A stretch of 64,000 nucleotides of DNA from an uncultured Streptococcus sp. (GCA_902479935.1 CABSQV010000008.1:1218-65217); one strand, 5' to 3'; positions 10,477 to 24,807 are shown, counted from the stretch's first letter. Notes: generated by a model not told the origin, from the sequence alone. Made by a program: numbers and translations.

Positions 10477-11417
10477 GAATCTCGAAGTCCTTTCCCTGTG
10501 TATGCAAGGAACACATCATCTAAGCTTGGCTGTTCACTGTATAAACGAACATAGCTTAAGTTCAATTCTTCTAGAATGTTTGCCACGTGAAGTAAGTGAT
10601 TTGTTCCTTGTTCGAAGTTAAATTTCAAATGATCTTTATGATGCTCTAATACAAGAACGTGTGGAATTTGTTTTAAGCGTGCTACTTGTTCTTCAGTTGG
10701 AATTGTTGAAAGTTCTACTTGGATAATTTCAGAAGTCGCGATCGATTTCTTCAACTCTTGTGAAGTTCCTGAAACAATGCTCTTTCCTTTATCCATAATC
10801 ACGATGCGGTCACTTAATCCGTCCACTTCGTCTAAGTAGTGTGTTGTATAAATAATCGTGCTCCCTTGTTCGTTGAGTTTGCGAATTCCTTCTAATATAA
10901 ATGAACGACTTTGTGTGTCTACCGCAACAGTTGGTTCATCGAAGAAAATTAAACTTGGCTTATGCACGATTCCGCAAGCGATGTTCAAGCGGCGTTTCAA
11001 TCCACCACTCAATTTCTTTGGAACAAATTTGCGGAATTCTTGTAGTTCTACAAATTCGATAGCTTCTTGTACATATTGTTTACGTTGCTTTGGATCTGAA
11101 ATATAGAGCCCACAGAAGAAATCAATGTTTTCTTCTACTGATAAATTATCTAAATACGCTAATTCTTGTGGAACAATCCCGATTTCACGTCGTACTTTAC
11201 TTGATAATGGGAACTTGCTTTCTCCAAGAACCGTTACCTCACCGCTATCAAAGGTTAAAAATCCTAACATACAGTTAATCGCTGTTGTCTTCCCACATCC
11301 GTTTGGCCCAAGAAGCGCTAGAAGCTCTCCTTTACGAATTTCAATATCAAAATGATTTAATGCCATCAAGTCTTTGTAACGTTTTACAAGACTCTTTACT
11401 TGGATACTATTTTCCAT
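10473..11417 (-). CDS. ABC transporter ATP-binding protein
   Basis: Walker A GPNGCGKTT, signature LSGGLKRR, Walker B LIFFDEPT. Confidence 0.9.
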   Translation of the reverse strand: MENSIQVKSLVKRYKDLMALNHFDIEIRKGELLALLGPNGCGKTTAINCMLGFLTFDSGEVTVLGESKFPLSSKVRREIGIVPQELAYLDNLSVEENIDFFCGLYISDPKQRKQYVQEAIEFVELQEFRKFVPKKLSGGLKRRLNIACGIVHKPSLIFFDEPTVAVDTQSRSFILEGIRKLNEQGSTIIYTTHYLDEVDGLSDRIVIMDKGKSIVSGTSQELKKSIATSEIIQVELSTIPTEEQVARLKQIPHVLVLEHHKDHLKFNFEQGTNHLLHVANILEELNLSYVRLYSEQPSLDDVFLAYTGKGLRDS

Positions 11418-11579
11418 GTCCTCACCTCATTAATTGTTTTTACACTCTTAGTATATCGACCACCCTTGTCACAAACTAGTGTCAAATGTCGTTAGTTGTA
11501 TATGACATTTGTCATAAATAGCTAGATATTTCTCCCTATTTCGGCTAAACTGAAAGAAAGAGTCTTGGAGGTGAGAATC

Positions 11580-12632
11580 GTGCGCACGTTTTTAGAGAAG
11601 TTAATGTTCTTTATTTTGATTAGTATCTATTTAATGGGACAACAAACAGAAGTCTTTACGATTTTTTTAGGTCTTTGTATTTTTATTCTTTCTCTATCTA
11701 TAGAAGTGTTTGAAAATAGTTGGATTCAACGCATTTCCATAGTAATATCTGGTGCTTTATGCATCTTCTATCCTGAAACGGGATTGTATCTTTCCATTTT
11801 CATCATGCATGCTGCCCAACTATTCGGGCTCCCAGGAGCTTTTGCCGGCGTCATCCTTTTACTGCGACCAGATTTATTCACATTAATCCTAAGCGTTATC
11901 GGAACGTACGTTATTTTACGTAGTCGCTATGATAAAGAATTCCGTACGATGAGTCACCATATTCAAGACGACTTAGAGCATGAACGACTCCTCCTATTGC
12001 AGCGACAACAATTTAGCCAAGAAGAAACGTTGAAGCAAATGGAGGTCGCAACCCTTAAGGAACGGAATCGTATTTCTCACGCCTTGCACGATCAAATCGG
12101 ACATACGCTCAGCGCTTCAATTATGCAACTGGAAGCCTTGCAAATTATCACCAATGAACCTGTTGTCGAGAAGAAGTTAGAACAAGTCTCCGGAATCCTT
12201 CAGAACGGGATGGACGAGATTCGAACGACGATTCATCAGCTTTACGATGACTCCTTCCTACTCTCTCAAAAGATGGACGAAATTCTTCACCCACTGGAAG
12301 AGAAGGCACAAGTCAATTATCAAAATACGATTTCGGATGAAATTCCAATCGGATTGAAATACGACATTCTTACTATCTGTAAAGAGATGGCAACGAACTT
12401 TATGAAGTATTCAAACGGAAATCAAATTCAATTATTTTTACTAGAACAAAACAACTACTATACGATTCAATATAAGGATAATGGAAACGAAACAAGTAAT
12501 GACACCCCGGGCATGGGTCTTACGATGATGAAAGAACTGGTGGAGAAACATAAAGGGGTTATGACACTACAAACAAAGAACGGATATGACATCTTTATCC
12601 GAATCCCAAAACAGGAGGTCAACCATGATTAA
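11580..12632 (+). CDS. Sensor histidine kinase (HisKA_3 / LiaS-DesK-NarX type)
   Basis: N-terminal TM helices, H-box RISHALHDQIGHTLS and a C-terminal ATPase domain. Start placed at GTG 11580, which lies 8 nt after a GGAGG. The track starts at TTG 11565. Confidence 0.85.
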   Translation: MRTFLEKLMFFILISIYLMGQQTEVFTIFLGLCIFILSLSIEVFENSWIQRISIVISGALCIFYPETGLYLSIFIMHAAQLFGLPGAFAGVILLLRPDLFTLILSVIGTYVILRSRYDKEFRTMSHHIQDDLEHERLLLLQRQQFSQEETLKQMEVATLKERNRISHALHDQIGHTLSASIMQLEALQIITNEPVVEKKLEQVSGILQNGMDEIRTTIHQLYDDSFLLSQKMDEILHPLEEKAQVNYQNTISDEIPIGLKYDILTICKEMATNFMKYSNGNQIQLFLLEQNNYYTIQYKDNGNETSNDTPGMGLTMMKELVEKHKGVMTLQTKNGYDIFIRIPKQEVNHD

Positions 12633-13233
12633 AACGATTCTAGTCGATGACGACTTTCTAGTGCTTCAAGCGCTCGAGACGATTCTATCTGTTCAAGACC
12701 ATATTGAAGTGGTCGGCACAGGTCAGGACGGCAAAGACGCTGTGGAACTGTATAACACTCATCAACCGGACTTAGTCTTGATGGACATTCGGATGGAACC
12801 TACTACCGGAATCGAAGCCGCAGAAACGATTCTAAAAGACTTCCCTGACGCAAAGATTTTATTCCTCACGACCTTCCAAGACGACGAGTACATCACAAAG
12901 GCGCTCTCACTTGGTTGCAGAGGATATTTATTGAAGCAACATATTAAAGGAATTCTTCCCGCGATTGATGCCGTAATGAATGGCCAAATCGTCTACGACT
13001 CTACGATTGAGATGCCAGTGAAGAAAACCTTCGAGAAGAAATCAAGCGCTCATTTAAGTGAGCGTGAGAATGAACTGCTCTACCTCGTTGCTGAAGGATT
13101 CAATAATAAAGAAATCGCCGAGAAGATGTATCTCAGCGAAGGAACGGTAAGAAACTACTTATCGGCTCTGCTTGAAAAGTTAGAATTGCGTGATCGTACG
13201 CAACTGGCAGTTTATTACTATAAAGAACTATAA
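12625..13233 (+). CDS. Response regulator, NarL/LuxR family
   Basis: ATG at 12625 follows an AGGAGG RBS and overlaps the kinase gene stop. Receiver domain (ILVDDD...DLVLMDIRM) plus a LuxR HTH (EREN/ELLYLVAEGFNNKEIAEKMYLSEGTVRNY). Confidence 0.9.
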   Translation: MIKTILVDDDFLVLQALETILSVQDHIEVVGTGQDGKDAVELYNTHQPDLVLMDIRMEPTTGIEAAETILKDFPDAKILFLTTFQDDEYITKALSLGCRGYLLKQHIKGILPAIDAVMNGQIVYDSTIEMPVKKTFEKKSSAHLSERENELLYLVAEGFNNKEIAEKMYLSEGTVRNYLSALLEKLELRDRTQLAVYYYKEL

Positions 13234-13242
13234 GAAAAACAA

Positions 13243-13269
13243 GCACCTCAAGTTGAGGTGCTCGTTTTT
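13243..13269 (+). terminator. Intrinsic terminator of the two-component operon
   Basis: Hairpin gcacctca-agt-tgaggtgc followed by a T-run. Confidence 0.8.
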
Positions 13270-13357
13270 CTCTTATGAATATTTATTTCCAAACTTTTCC
13301 AAAATTCAGTAAATTTTGGGTACAAAAAAAGCCCTGAATCATCAAGGCTTTTGATCT

Positions 13358-13756
13358 TTAAAAGTTAACTAAGCGTTGTGCCATATCTAATTCGTAAGCA
13401 CGAACTTCACGTGGTAAGAAGCGACGAATTTCGTCTTCGTTGTACCCTACTTGGAATCTCTTTTCGTCCAACATAATTGGGCGACGTAGCAATCCTGGGT
13501 TGTTTTGGATTAATGAGAACAATTGATTTAATGGAACTTCATCTAAGTCAATTTTTAACTCTTGGAATGCTTTTGAACGAGTTGAGATAATCTCTTCTGT
13601 TCCGTCTTCTGTCATTCGTAGGATGTTTTTAATTTCGTCAATTGTTAATGGTTCTGAAAAAATGTTTCTTTCTGTGTACAAGATGTTATGTTCTTCTAAC
13701 CATGCACGAGCTTTACGGCAAGATGTACAGCTAGGTGATGTATATAATGTAACCAT
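13358..13756 (-). CDS. spx: Transcriptional regulator Spx (ArsC family)
   Basis: 132 aa starting [23 protein letters not shown], which contains the CxxC redox motif. It ends in a typical Spx C-terminus. Confidence 0.9.
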   Translation of the reverse strand: MVTLYTSPSCTSCRKARAWLEEHNILYTERNIFSEPLTIDEIKNILRMTEDGTEEIISTRSKAFQELKIDLDEVPLNQLFSLIQNNPGLLRRPIMLDEKRFQVGYNEDEIRRFLPREVRAYELDMAQRLVNF

Positions 13757-14016
13757 ACGTCGATGTCCTCCTCTTCTAAAGTCTTCGGTCTTATCTACGT
13801 GTATTATTATATATGATATATAAAAAAAAATCTATATGATTTTTGGATATTTTTTAGATTTTCACAAACTTTTTTCACTTTTGATGAAAAATTTAATGTT
13901 TCATAATATTTTCACTCGCTTTCATTTCGTGATTGTGTCTTCAACAGAAAATCTCTGAATTCACAAACGTTGAAAACAGTTGTAACTATTTTTTCATGAA
14001 AATCCTTTAGAAATAA

Positions 14017-15048
<1,032 letters not shown>

Positions 15049-15066
15049 ACTATTTTTAATTGATGA

Positions 15067-15095
15067 GATCCATTCATTTAGAATGGGTCTTTTTT
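15067..15095 (+). terminator. trpS intrinsic terminator
   Basis: Hairpin gatccattc-attta-gaatgggtc followed by T6. Confidence 0.75.
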
Positions 15096-15123
15096 GATTA
15101 TCTGAAAAACATCAGTTTTATAT

Positions 15124-15254
15124 TGAAAGAGTCATAGTGGGACACCGGTTCGAGCCTTTCGTCTCTCACCTTTGAAGCTTCAAAGGTGGAGTAAGGATTT
15201 CATTCCTAACTCCACCTAATTCACATTCAATGTGATTCCCCACTATTCTTTCAA
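15124..15254 (+). repeat. Structured intergenic repeat, copy 2
   Basis: Closing stem ttgaaagagtcatagtggg / ccccactattctttcaa. Core caccggttcgagcctttcgtctctcacc, tttgaagcttcaaa, ggtggagtaagga..tcctaactccacc, taattc. Confidence 0.9.
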
Positions 15255-15391
15255 TAAACTGATGTTTGTTCTGATAATCAACAACCCATCTATGATGTGA
15301 ATCGCTACAAATAGTTTATCTCCCATCGCTGAAGGGAAAAGGTGCAAAAAATAAAAAACGCTAGGACAATCCTAGCATTTTCTATCTTTTG

Positions 15392-16282
15392 CTATTCTAT
15401 AACGAGCAGGCCGGCACCAATGATTCCATTATCCCCCTTAATGGTTGATGCTTGGATATGCTCCAGAATATGTTTTTGTTCGTGATGAAGGAGTTCTGCT
15501 AACTCTTCTTTCACGAGTTCTATAAAGTCTGGGTTGTAGTTTGAAACACTACCTCCGAACACAATGGTTTTTGGATCTAGTAAGCAGACCATCCCATGAA
15601 GAACACTTGCTAATCCCATAGCTGTTTCTTCGATGATACGGCGAGCTGCCTCCTCACCATTGCGCCATTTATCAAAGATGTCCTTCGTTGTCAATGTCTC
15701 GTCTTCGTAAATTTCGCGCCCTGTACGCTCGATTCCGACACCCGAGCAAGCCACTTCTAACGCTTCGAGACATTCAAAGTAAGGTACTTTGACAAACCCA
15801 ATTTCGCCTGAGAACCCTTCCCCGCGTAAGATTGTATTGTTGACGATGTTGGTGGCTGCGATTCCTGTTGATACCGTTACGTATCCAAACATGTCTGTAG
15901 GTTTTAGATTGAGCATTCGATATTCCGCATAAGCCGCTACTTTTACGTCATTATCGATTTTCACCGGTATGTCTCCGTACGTTTCCTTCAATCTTTCTAC
16001 AATTGGAAAATTAGCCCAAGGTATATTATTTTGGAAAATCGCTACCCCGTTTTCCACGTCTACCTTCCCTGGTAATCCAACACCAATCCCATACGTATCT
16101 TGAATGCGTAAATCATTATCATTGAGCACTTTATCCACCAGTTGGACCACACCCTGATACAAACTTTCGGCACTCGCTGTTTGGCTTGGGCTTTGAGAAC
16201 GACTAACGATCTCCCCATTCTCGTTAATCAACGCAACCGCTACCTTCGTTCCCCCAATATCAATACCAACCGCGACTTTCAT
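15392..16282 (-). CDS. glcK: ROK family sugar kinase (glucokinase-like)
   Basis: Starts MKVAVGIDIGGTK, the ROK/ASKHA phosphate-1 motif. ATG at 16282 follows a GGAGGG RBS. Confidence 0.8.
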   Translation of the reverse strand: MKVAVGIDIGGTKVAVALINENGEIVSRSQSPSQTASAESLYQGVVQLVDKVLNDNDLRIQDTYGIGVGLPGKVDVENGVAIFQNNIPWANFPIVERLKETYGDIPVKIDNDVKVAAYAEYRMLNLKPTDMFGYVTVSTGIAATNIVNNTILRGEGFSGEIGFVKVPYFECLEALEVACSGVGIERTGREIYEDETLTTKDIFDKWRNGEEAARRIIEETAMGLASVLHGMVCLLDPKTIVFGGSVSNYNPDFIELVKEELAELLHHEQKHILEHIQASTIKGDNGIIGAGLLVIE

Positions 16283-16586
16283 CAAAATCCCTCCGTTCAT
16301 TATGATTTCGCTTTCATAATTAGTTTACACCGAAAATCGCTTCCTGGCTTTCCCTATCTTGTTCTATACTATAACTATTTTGCTGTCTTTCATTCAGTTT
16401 GAAAAATGATAACTGTTTTGATAGCCGTTTTGTCGTCTTTTCCTAACCACCTCTCTTTCTCATCACTCTCTCCCCCTTCATTAGCAAAAATTTGGTTGTT
16501 CAATCATTAAGGATAAGAAACCGCGCTTGTTTTATAGAAATTAATGATGAATTCACATTGAAAAATGATAACCGAAGATAGCCGTT

Positions 16587-16724
16587 ATAGTGGAATGAGT
16601 GATGGGGAATAGCATCGAATGTGAATTAGAGGGAGTTGCGAATTCTTTCGCTACTCCCTCTTTGAAGCTTCGAAGACCGAGAGACCTAAGGCTCGAGGCG
16701 GTGCCTCATCACAAAATCCACTAT
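16587..16724 (-). repeat. Structured intergenic repeat, copy 3 (reverse orientation)
   Basis: The reverse complement gives caccgcctcgagccttaggtctctcggtc, ttcgaagcttcaaa, gagggagtagcg..cgcaactccctc, taattc. Closing stem atagtgga..gatgggg / cctcatc..tccactat. Confidence 0.9.
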
Positions 16725-16844
16725 GTCCAAACGGCTATCAATCAGGTTATCATTTTTCAAACCACCTCATTAAGTAGCAACTCTATATAAAACAAGCGCT
16801 GTTTCTTATCCCTTCAACCTTCGGTTGAAGCCTTCAATTTTTGC

Positions 16845-16880
16845 ACAAAAAAGGAGGGGAAGCAAATCTGCTTCCCCTCC
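16845..16880 (-). terminator. eno intrinsic terminator
   Basis: On the minus strand: GGAGGGGAAGC-loop-GCTTCCCCTCC followed by TTTTTT. Confidence 0.85.
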
Positions 16881-16895
16881 CTAAATTCCTAGGAA

Positions 16896-18200
<1,305 letters not shown>

Positions 18201-18283
18201 TTATTAACTCCTTTAATATTTATTTTGTACGTTATTATTTTAATCGAAAATCATCAGAGTTTCAACCTTTGGAAAGGGATTCT

Positions 18284-19812
18284 TTATTTTTCGATTAATG
18301 ATTCACCAGTCATTTCTTCTGGTTTTTCCACATTTAGTAAATCAAGCATAGTTGGAGCAACGTCTGCTAAACGTCCACCCTCGCGTAATGTTACACCTTT
18401 CTTCGTAACAATCACTGGTACTGGCACTGTTGTATGTGCAGTATGTGGTGTTCCTTCTGGTGTAATCATTGTTTCTGAGTTACCGTGGTCAGCGAAGATA
18501 ATTGCGCTACCGCCTTTTTCAAGGATGGCGTCAACAACTTTACCTAAGTTTTCATCCACTGCTTCAATCGCTTTGATTGTTGGTTCTAACATTCCTGAGT
18601 GTCCAACCATGTCTGGGTTAGCGAAGTTTAAGATGATGGCATCATTTTCATCATTGATGATTGAGTTGTATAATGCATCTCCTACTTCGTAAGCACTCAT
18701 TTCTGGTTTCAAGTCGTAAGTTGCAACCTTTGGAGAAGGAATTAAAATACGGTTTTCGCCAGGGAATTCTTCGTTACGTCCACCATTCATAAAGAATGTT
18801 ACGTGTGGATATTTTTCAGTTTCGGCAATACGTAATTGTGCAAGGCCTGCTTTAGATAACACTTCACCAAGAACGTTTGTCATTGGGATTGGTGGGAATG
18901 CAACTTCTGCATCCACGCTTGGGTTATATAAAGTCATTGTCACAAATTTAACGTTTGTAGCACGTGCACCACGGTCAAAGTTTGTCCACTCTTTATCAGT
19001 GAACGCATTTGATAATTGGATTGCACGGTCAGGACGGAAGTTGAAGAAGATGATTGCATCGTTGTTTTCAACTTTTGCCACTGGTTTGCCATCTTTAACG
19101 ATTACTGACGGAATAACGAATTCGTCTGTAACATCTTTAGCATAGCTATCTTCGATCACAGCTTGTGCGCTTTCGAATTGTGGTCCTTCGCTATGAGCGA
19201 TTGCATCATAAGCTAATTTCACACGTTCCCAACGTTTGTCACGGTCCATTGCATAGTAACGACCTGAAACTGTTGCGATTTCTCCAACGCCTACTTCAGC
19301 TAATTTGTCTTCTAAAGTTTTGATGTAAGAAGGACCAGCTTTAGGGTCTACGTCACGTCCATCCATGAATGCATGAATGTACACTTTGTCGATTCCTTTT
19401 GCTTTAGCTGTTTCCACTAATGCTAATAAATGGTTGATATGGCTGTGTACCCCACCATCAGATAATAATCCGAATAAGTGTAATGCTGAGCCATTTTCTT
19501 TTACGTGGTTAAATGCACCGTTTAATGCTGGGTTTGATTCGAATTCGCCTTCTTCGATTGCTTTGTCAATACGAGTTAAGCTTTGGTAAACGATACGTCC
19601 AGCACCGATGTTTGTATGACCTACTTCTGAGTTCCCCATTTGGCCATCTGGTAGACCTACATCTAATCCAGAAGCTTTTAATGTTGTATGAGGGAATTCG
19701 TTATAATAACGATCAAAATTTGGTTTTTTTGCTTGTGCAACAGCATTACCTTCAACTTCTGGTCTCCATCCGAAACCATCTAAGATAATGATTGCAACTG
19801 GTGATTTTGCCA

Positions 19813-19813
<1 letters not shown>
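18284..19813 (-). CDS. gpmI: 2,3-bisphosphoglycerate-independent phosphoglycerate mutase
   Basis: Start moved to ATG 19813 ([15 protein letters not shown]), which forms a TAATG overlap with the tpiA stop. The upstream part of the track ORF overlaps tpiA. Confidence 0.95.
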
Positions 19814-21791
<1,978 letters not shown>

Positions 21792-21846
21792 AAAATAGCC
21801 TCCTACATTTTTATTTGGAGCGAGTGCATTACTCACATTATGAAAA

Positions 21847-21879
21847 CAGGGCGAGGAAGCGAATGCTTCCATCGCCCTG
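21847..21879 (-). terminator. Strong hairpin between gap and pgk; candidate partial terminator or processing/stability element
   Basis: On the minus strand: CAGGGCGATGGAAGC-ATTC-GCTTCCTCGCCCTG, a 14-bp stem with one bulge, followed by TTTTC. Confidence 0.5.
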
Positions 21880-21916
21880 AGAAAATAGATACGATTAGCT
21901 AGATCTATAGTTTAAA

Positions 21917-22918
21917 TTATAGTTTTGCGAAGTATTGTAAAGTACGAACTAATTGTGCAGTGTATGACATTTCGTTATCGTACCAAGCAACAGTTTTAAC
22001 TAATTGTTTGTCGCCTACAGTCATTACTTTAGTTTGAGTTGCATCGAATAATGAACCATAAGTGATACCTACGATATCAGAAGATACGATTGGATCTTCA
22101 GTGTATCCGTAAGATTCGTTAGCTAATTCTTTCATAGCTGCGTTAATTTCTTCAGCAGTAACTGGTTTTTCTAAAACTGTTACTAATTCAGTTAATGAAC
22201 CTGTTGGAACAGGAACACGTTGTGCAGCTCCGTCTAATTTTCCGTTTAATTCTGGGATTACTAATCCGATAGCTTTAGCAGCACCAGTTGTGTTAGGAAC
22301 GATGTTAACTGCTGCAGCACGAGCACGACGTAAGTCACCTTTAGCGTGAGGTGCGTCTAATGTGTTTTGGTCACCAGTGTAACCGTGGATTGTTGTCATT
22401 AATCCTTCAACAATACCGAATTTATCGTTTAATGCTTTAGCCATTGGAGCTAAGCAGTTTGTAGTACATGAAGCACCAGAGATAACAGTTTCTTTACCTG
22501 TTAAAATGTTGTGGTTTGTGTTGAATACAACTGTAGGAACGTCATTTCCACCAGGTGCAGAGATAACAACGCGTTTAGCGCCACCTTTTAAGTGTAATTC
22601 AGCTTTTTCTTTAGAAGTGAAGAAACCAGTACATTCTAGAACGATATCAACGCCTAGTTCACCCCAAGGTAATTCTTCAGGATTACGGTTAGCAAGTACT
22701 TTAACTTCTTTACCGTTTACGCGGAAAGCTCCATCTAACACTTCAACTTCACCGTTGAAACGTCCTTGAGTTGAATCATATTTTAACAAGTGAGCTAATT
22801 GCTTAGCGTCTGTTAAGTCATTGATTGCAACAACTTCTAATCCTTCCACATCTTGAATACGACGGAATGCTAAACGACCGATACGTCCGAAACCGTTAAT
22901 ACCAACTTTAACTGTCAT
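21917..22918 (-). CDS. gap: Glyceraldehyde-3-phosphate dehydrogenase (type I)
   Basis: 333 aa starting [20 protein letters not shown], with active site SCTTNCLAP. Confidence 0.95.
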   Translation of the reverse strand: MTVKVGINGFGRIGRLAFRRIQDVEGLEVVAINDLTDAKQLAHLLKYDSTQGRFNGEVEVLDGAFRVNGKEVKVLANRNPEELPWGELGVDIVLECTGFFTSKEKAELHLKGGAKRVVISAPGGNDVPTVVFNTNHNILTGKETVISGASCTTNCLAPMAKALNDKFGIVEGLMTTIHGYTGDQNTLDAPHAKGDLRRARAAAVNIVPNTTGAAKAIGLVIPELNGKLDGAAQRVPVPTGSLTELVTVLEKPVTAEEINAAMKELANESYGYTEDPIVSSDIVGITYGSLFDATQTKVMTVGDKQLVKTVAWYDNEMSYTAQLVRTLQYFAKL

Positions 22919-22948
22919 ATAGTTTTTCCTCCTAGGAATTTTTTATTT

Positions 22949-23968
22949 TTATTTTTTGCGGGTTGCCCCGTTCAAAACCAACTCTGATGTCTCCTTGTCA
23001 ATCACAAACCAAGTGCGATCCACTGGAGCTAATTTGGCATATGCTTTTAAAGCAGGTGCCTTTTCTGCGCCTTCCACAACGGCAATCGAATGTGGAATCG
23101 TAGATAAATCACTAAGATGCAGCCCTACTCGTGGGATTTTTAATACCACATTTCCTTCTGCATCGAAGAAACAACCGAACGCTTCGCCAATTGCTTTCTT
23201 CTTTTTTAACGTAGCCATTTGTTCTTGCGTGAGGCCACGTCTCTCTCCCATTATAATAGCACTTCCAACGCTATATAACAAACACTCCGCCTTTTTCATG
23301 AGACCTATCGTCTTTGCGACTGAAGGTTCTTGCATTAGCGGTGCATATGTCGCCTGTTGGACATGTTCTGGAACGAATAACGCTTCATGATGAGCGCCAA
23401 TTCCAGTCGCCATTTTCTCACTGACATTATTTGCCTGAATCAGCATCGACCCAAACATGCCTCCTCTTGCAGGAACAATCGTAAGGTCTCGGTTCACTGA
23501 AATCTCTTTCGTGAACCCTTCGCTGACACGGACCATCGTTTGACCACCCGTGATAGCAATAATAGAAGTTCCAAGCGGTAAGAGAACATCCATAATCTCT
23601 TGTACCAACTCAGATGTTTTTTCCGGATCATCCACAACTTTTACATACTGAACGCCTAAGGTTTTAGCCACCTTATGTTCCACCAGACTCATCTGGATAA
23701 AGTTGTTTTTCAAATCATCCGATCGTTCTAATATAAATTCACCAACTTCTGTGAGTCGCATCCCAGACCCTTGTACTTCAATCAGGTCTAAAGCTTTCAT
23801 ATCCTCACATTCATTACGTAGTGTGCGTTCGGACATCTGAACCACTTTCGCAAGGGCTCTTCGTCCAATCGGCTGATACGTCGCGATGGCTTGTAAAATA
23901 CGGAAACGCGTTTGAAGAGCGACTCTGCTTTCTGGAACTAATAAATGAGATAGATTAAGATAATTCAT
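22949..23968 (-). CDS. cggR: Central glycolytic genes regulator (SorC/DeoR family)
   Basis: 339 aa. N-terminal HTH plus a SorC-type sugar-phosphate binding domain. It is the first gene of the gap operon, as in Bacillus. Confidence 0.85.
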   Translation of the reverse strand: MNYLNLSHLLVPESRVALQTRFRILQAIATYQPIGRRALAKVVQMSERTLRNECEDMKALDLIEVQGSGMRLTEVGEFILERSDDLKNNFIQMSLVEHKVAKTLGVQYVKVVDDPEKTSELVQEIMDVLLPLGTSIIAITGGQTMVRVSEGFTKEISVNRDLTIVPARGGMFGSMLIQANNVSEKMATGIGAHHEALFVPEHVQQATYAPLMQEPSVAKTIGLMKKAECLLYSVGSAIIMGERRGLTQEQMATLKKKKAIGEAFGCFFDAEGNVVLKIPRVGLHLSDLSTIPHSIAVVEGAEKAPALKAYAKLAPVDRTWFVIDKETSELVLNGATRKK

Positions 23969-23997
23969 CGAAACCTTCCTCCAATCGTTTCCAGATA

Positions 23998-24016
23998 GGG
24001 TCGTATATCGTCCCGC
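23998..24016 (-). promoter_or_regulatory. Candidate CggR operator half-site upstream of cggR
   Basis: The minus strand reads GCGGGACGATATACGACCC, 25-43 nt upstream of the cggR ATG. It contains the CGGGAC motif known from Bacillus subtilis CggR operators. Only one clear repeat is seen. Confidence 0.35.
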
Positions 24017-24109
24017 TTATTTCCAGTATCTTTGAATCCATATTTCTGAACACATTTATATTTTAACACAAAATAGCAGAAATGCAACCGTGCTCAGATT
24101 ACAAATTGG

Positions 24110-24466
24110 TTAAGATTTACGAATTATAGGGACCCATTCCGTCCCTGTTAGCTTACTAGCCTTTTCACGGCAAGTTTCTCCATCATCCATCACAAAAGAA
24201 ATTTCTACATGAGCTCCAACTTTTTGAGCTATCTTTTCCAAATATAGAATTGAAGGATTATGGTTACCTGTAACCAACCTTGAAAGATGTCCCGGCTTTA
24301 TCCCAACCTTTTCTGCAAACTCGGTACGTGAGAGTCCGGAAATCAGTCTCAACTCTGTAAATCTTAATCCTACCTCCCTTAACACGAGCTCTGTATCGAT
24401 GTCCTTTTCTAAGTTTTCGTATTGGGATTCCAAGTCTGTAATAAATTTCTTCAGATTCTGATTCAT
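24110..24466 (-). CDS. XRE-family HTH protein (antitoxin-like / small regulator)
   Basis: 118 aa. HTH segment LRLISGLSRTEFAEKVGIKPGHLSRLVTG. ATG at 24466 follows a GAGGAGG RBS. Confidence 0.75.
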   Translation of the reverse strand: MNQNLKKFITDLESQYENLEKDIDTELVLREVGLRFTELRLISGLSRTEFAEKVGIKPGHLSRLVTGNHNPSILYLEKIAQKVGAHVEISFVMDDGETCREKASKLTGTEWVPIIRKS

Positions 24467-24665
24467 TTTTTATTGCCTCCTCTTTAGTGCTCACAATTGG
24501 AATTGATAATTGAGTCTTTGATTTGTTCCCCCACATTTCAAGAATTGCTGGAGAAAACCCCTCTTTATCTAGCAGCTTTAATACAGCAAGGATTTTTACC
24601 TTCTCCCTATATGGCTTCATCTTTACCAATTCAAAATACTCTGAACTAATTTCAAATTCTCCCAT
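24264..24665 (-). pseudogene. Possible degenerate RelE/ParE- or HigB-like toxin remnant upstream of the XRE gene
   Basis: ATG 24665 follows a GGGAGGG RBS. The first ~50 aa (EFEISSEYFELVK..REKVKILAVLKLLDKEGF) resemble the helical N-terminus of RelE/ParE-type toxins. The frame then runs about 200 nt out of frame across the XRE gene. The other two frames hit stops at TGA 24494..24492 and TAA 24487..24485, just upstream of the XRE RBS, which suggests a frameshift. Confidence 0.3.
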
Positions 24666-24687
24666 AATTTTCCCTCCCACTTAAACA

Positions 24688-24719
24688 TTACCATATTTGG
24701 TAATTACCATATATGGTAA
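24688..24719 (-). promoter_or_regulatory. Two abutting 16-bp palindromes; candidate operators for the XRE protein
   Basis: TTACCATATTTGGTAA (24688..24703) is directly followed by the perfect palindrome TTACCATATATGGTAA (24704..24719). The pair lies 23 nt upstream of the cassette start codon. Confidence 0.6.
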
Positions 24720-24807
24720 TGTTGCTCTCTTCTTATACTTTTTTGCTCTCTTTTAAAAATAAACGAGTTAAACGATTTCTCCTTTATACTCTGACCTTTT
24801 CCAAAAC

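Noticed and set aside
8268-13233. ABC-2 transporter plus two-component system considered as a lantibiotic or bacteriocin immunity locus, or as a novel defence module.
   Set aside because: No precursor peptide, modification enzyme or bacteriocin-type gene lies nearby. The architecture matches the common YvfRS/YvfTU-like detoxification modules of Bacilli.
18225-18692. 155-aa plus-strand ORF, and similar ORFs at 32020-32463, 36585-37067, 51321-51827 and 55252-55725.
   Set aside because: All are antisense to well-supported conserved genes (gpmI, ABC-F, MATE, FGE, tmk). Their composition is low-complexity or biased.
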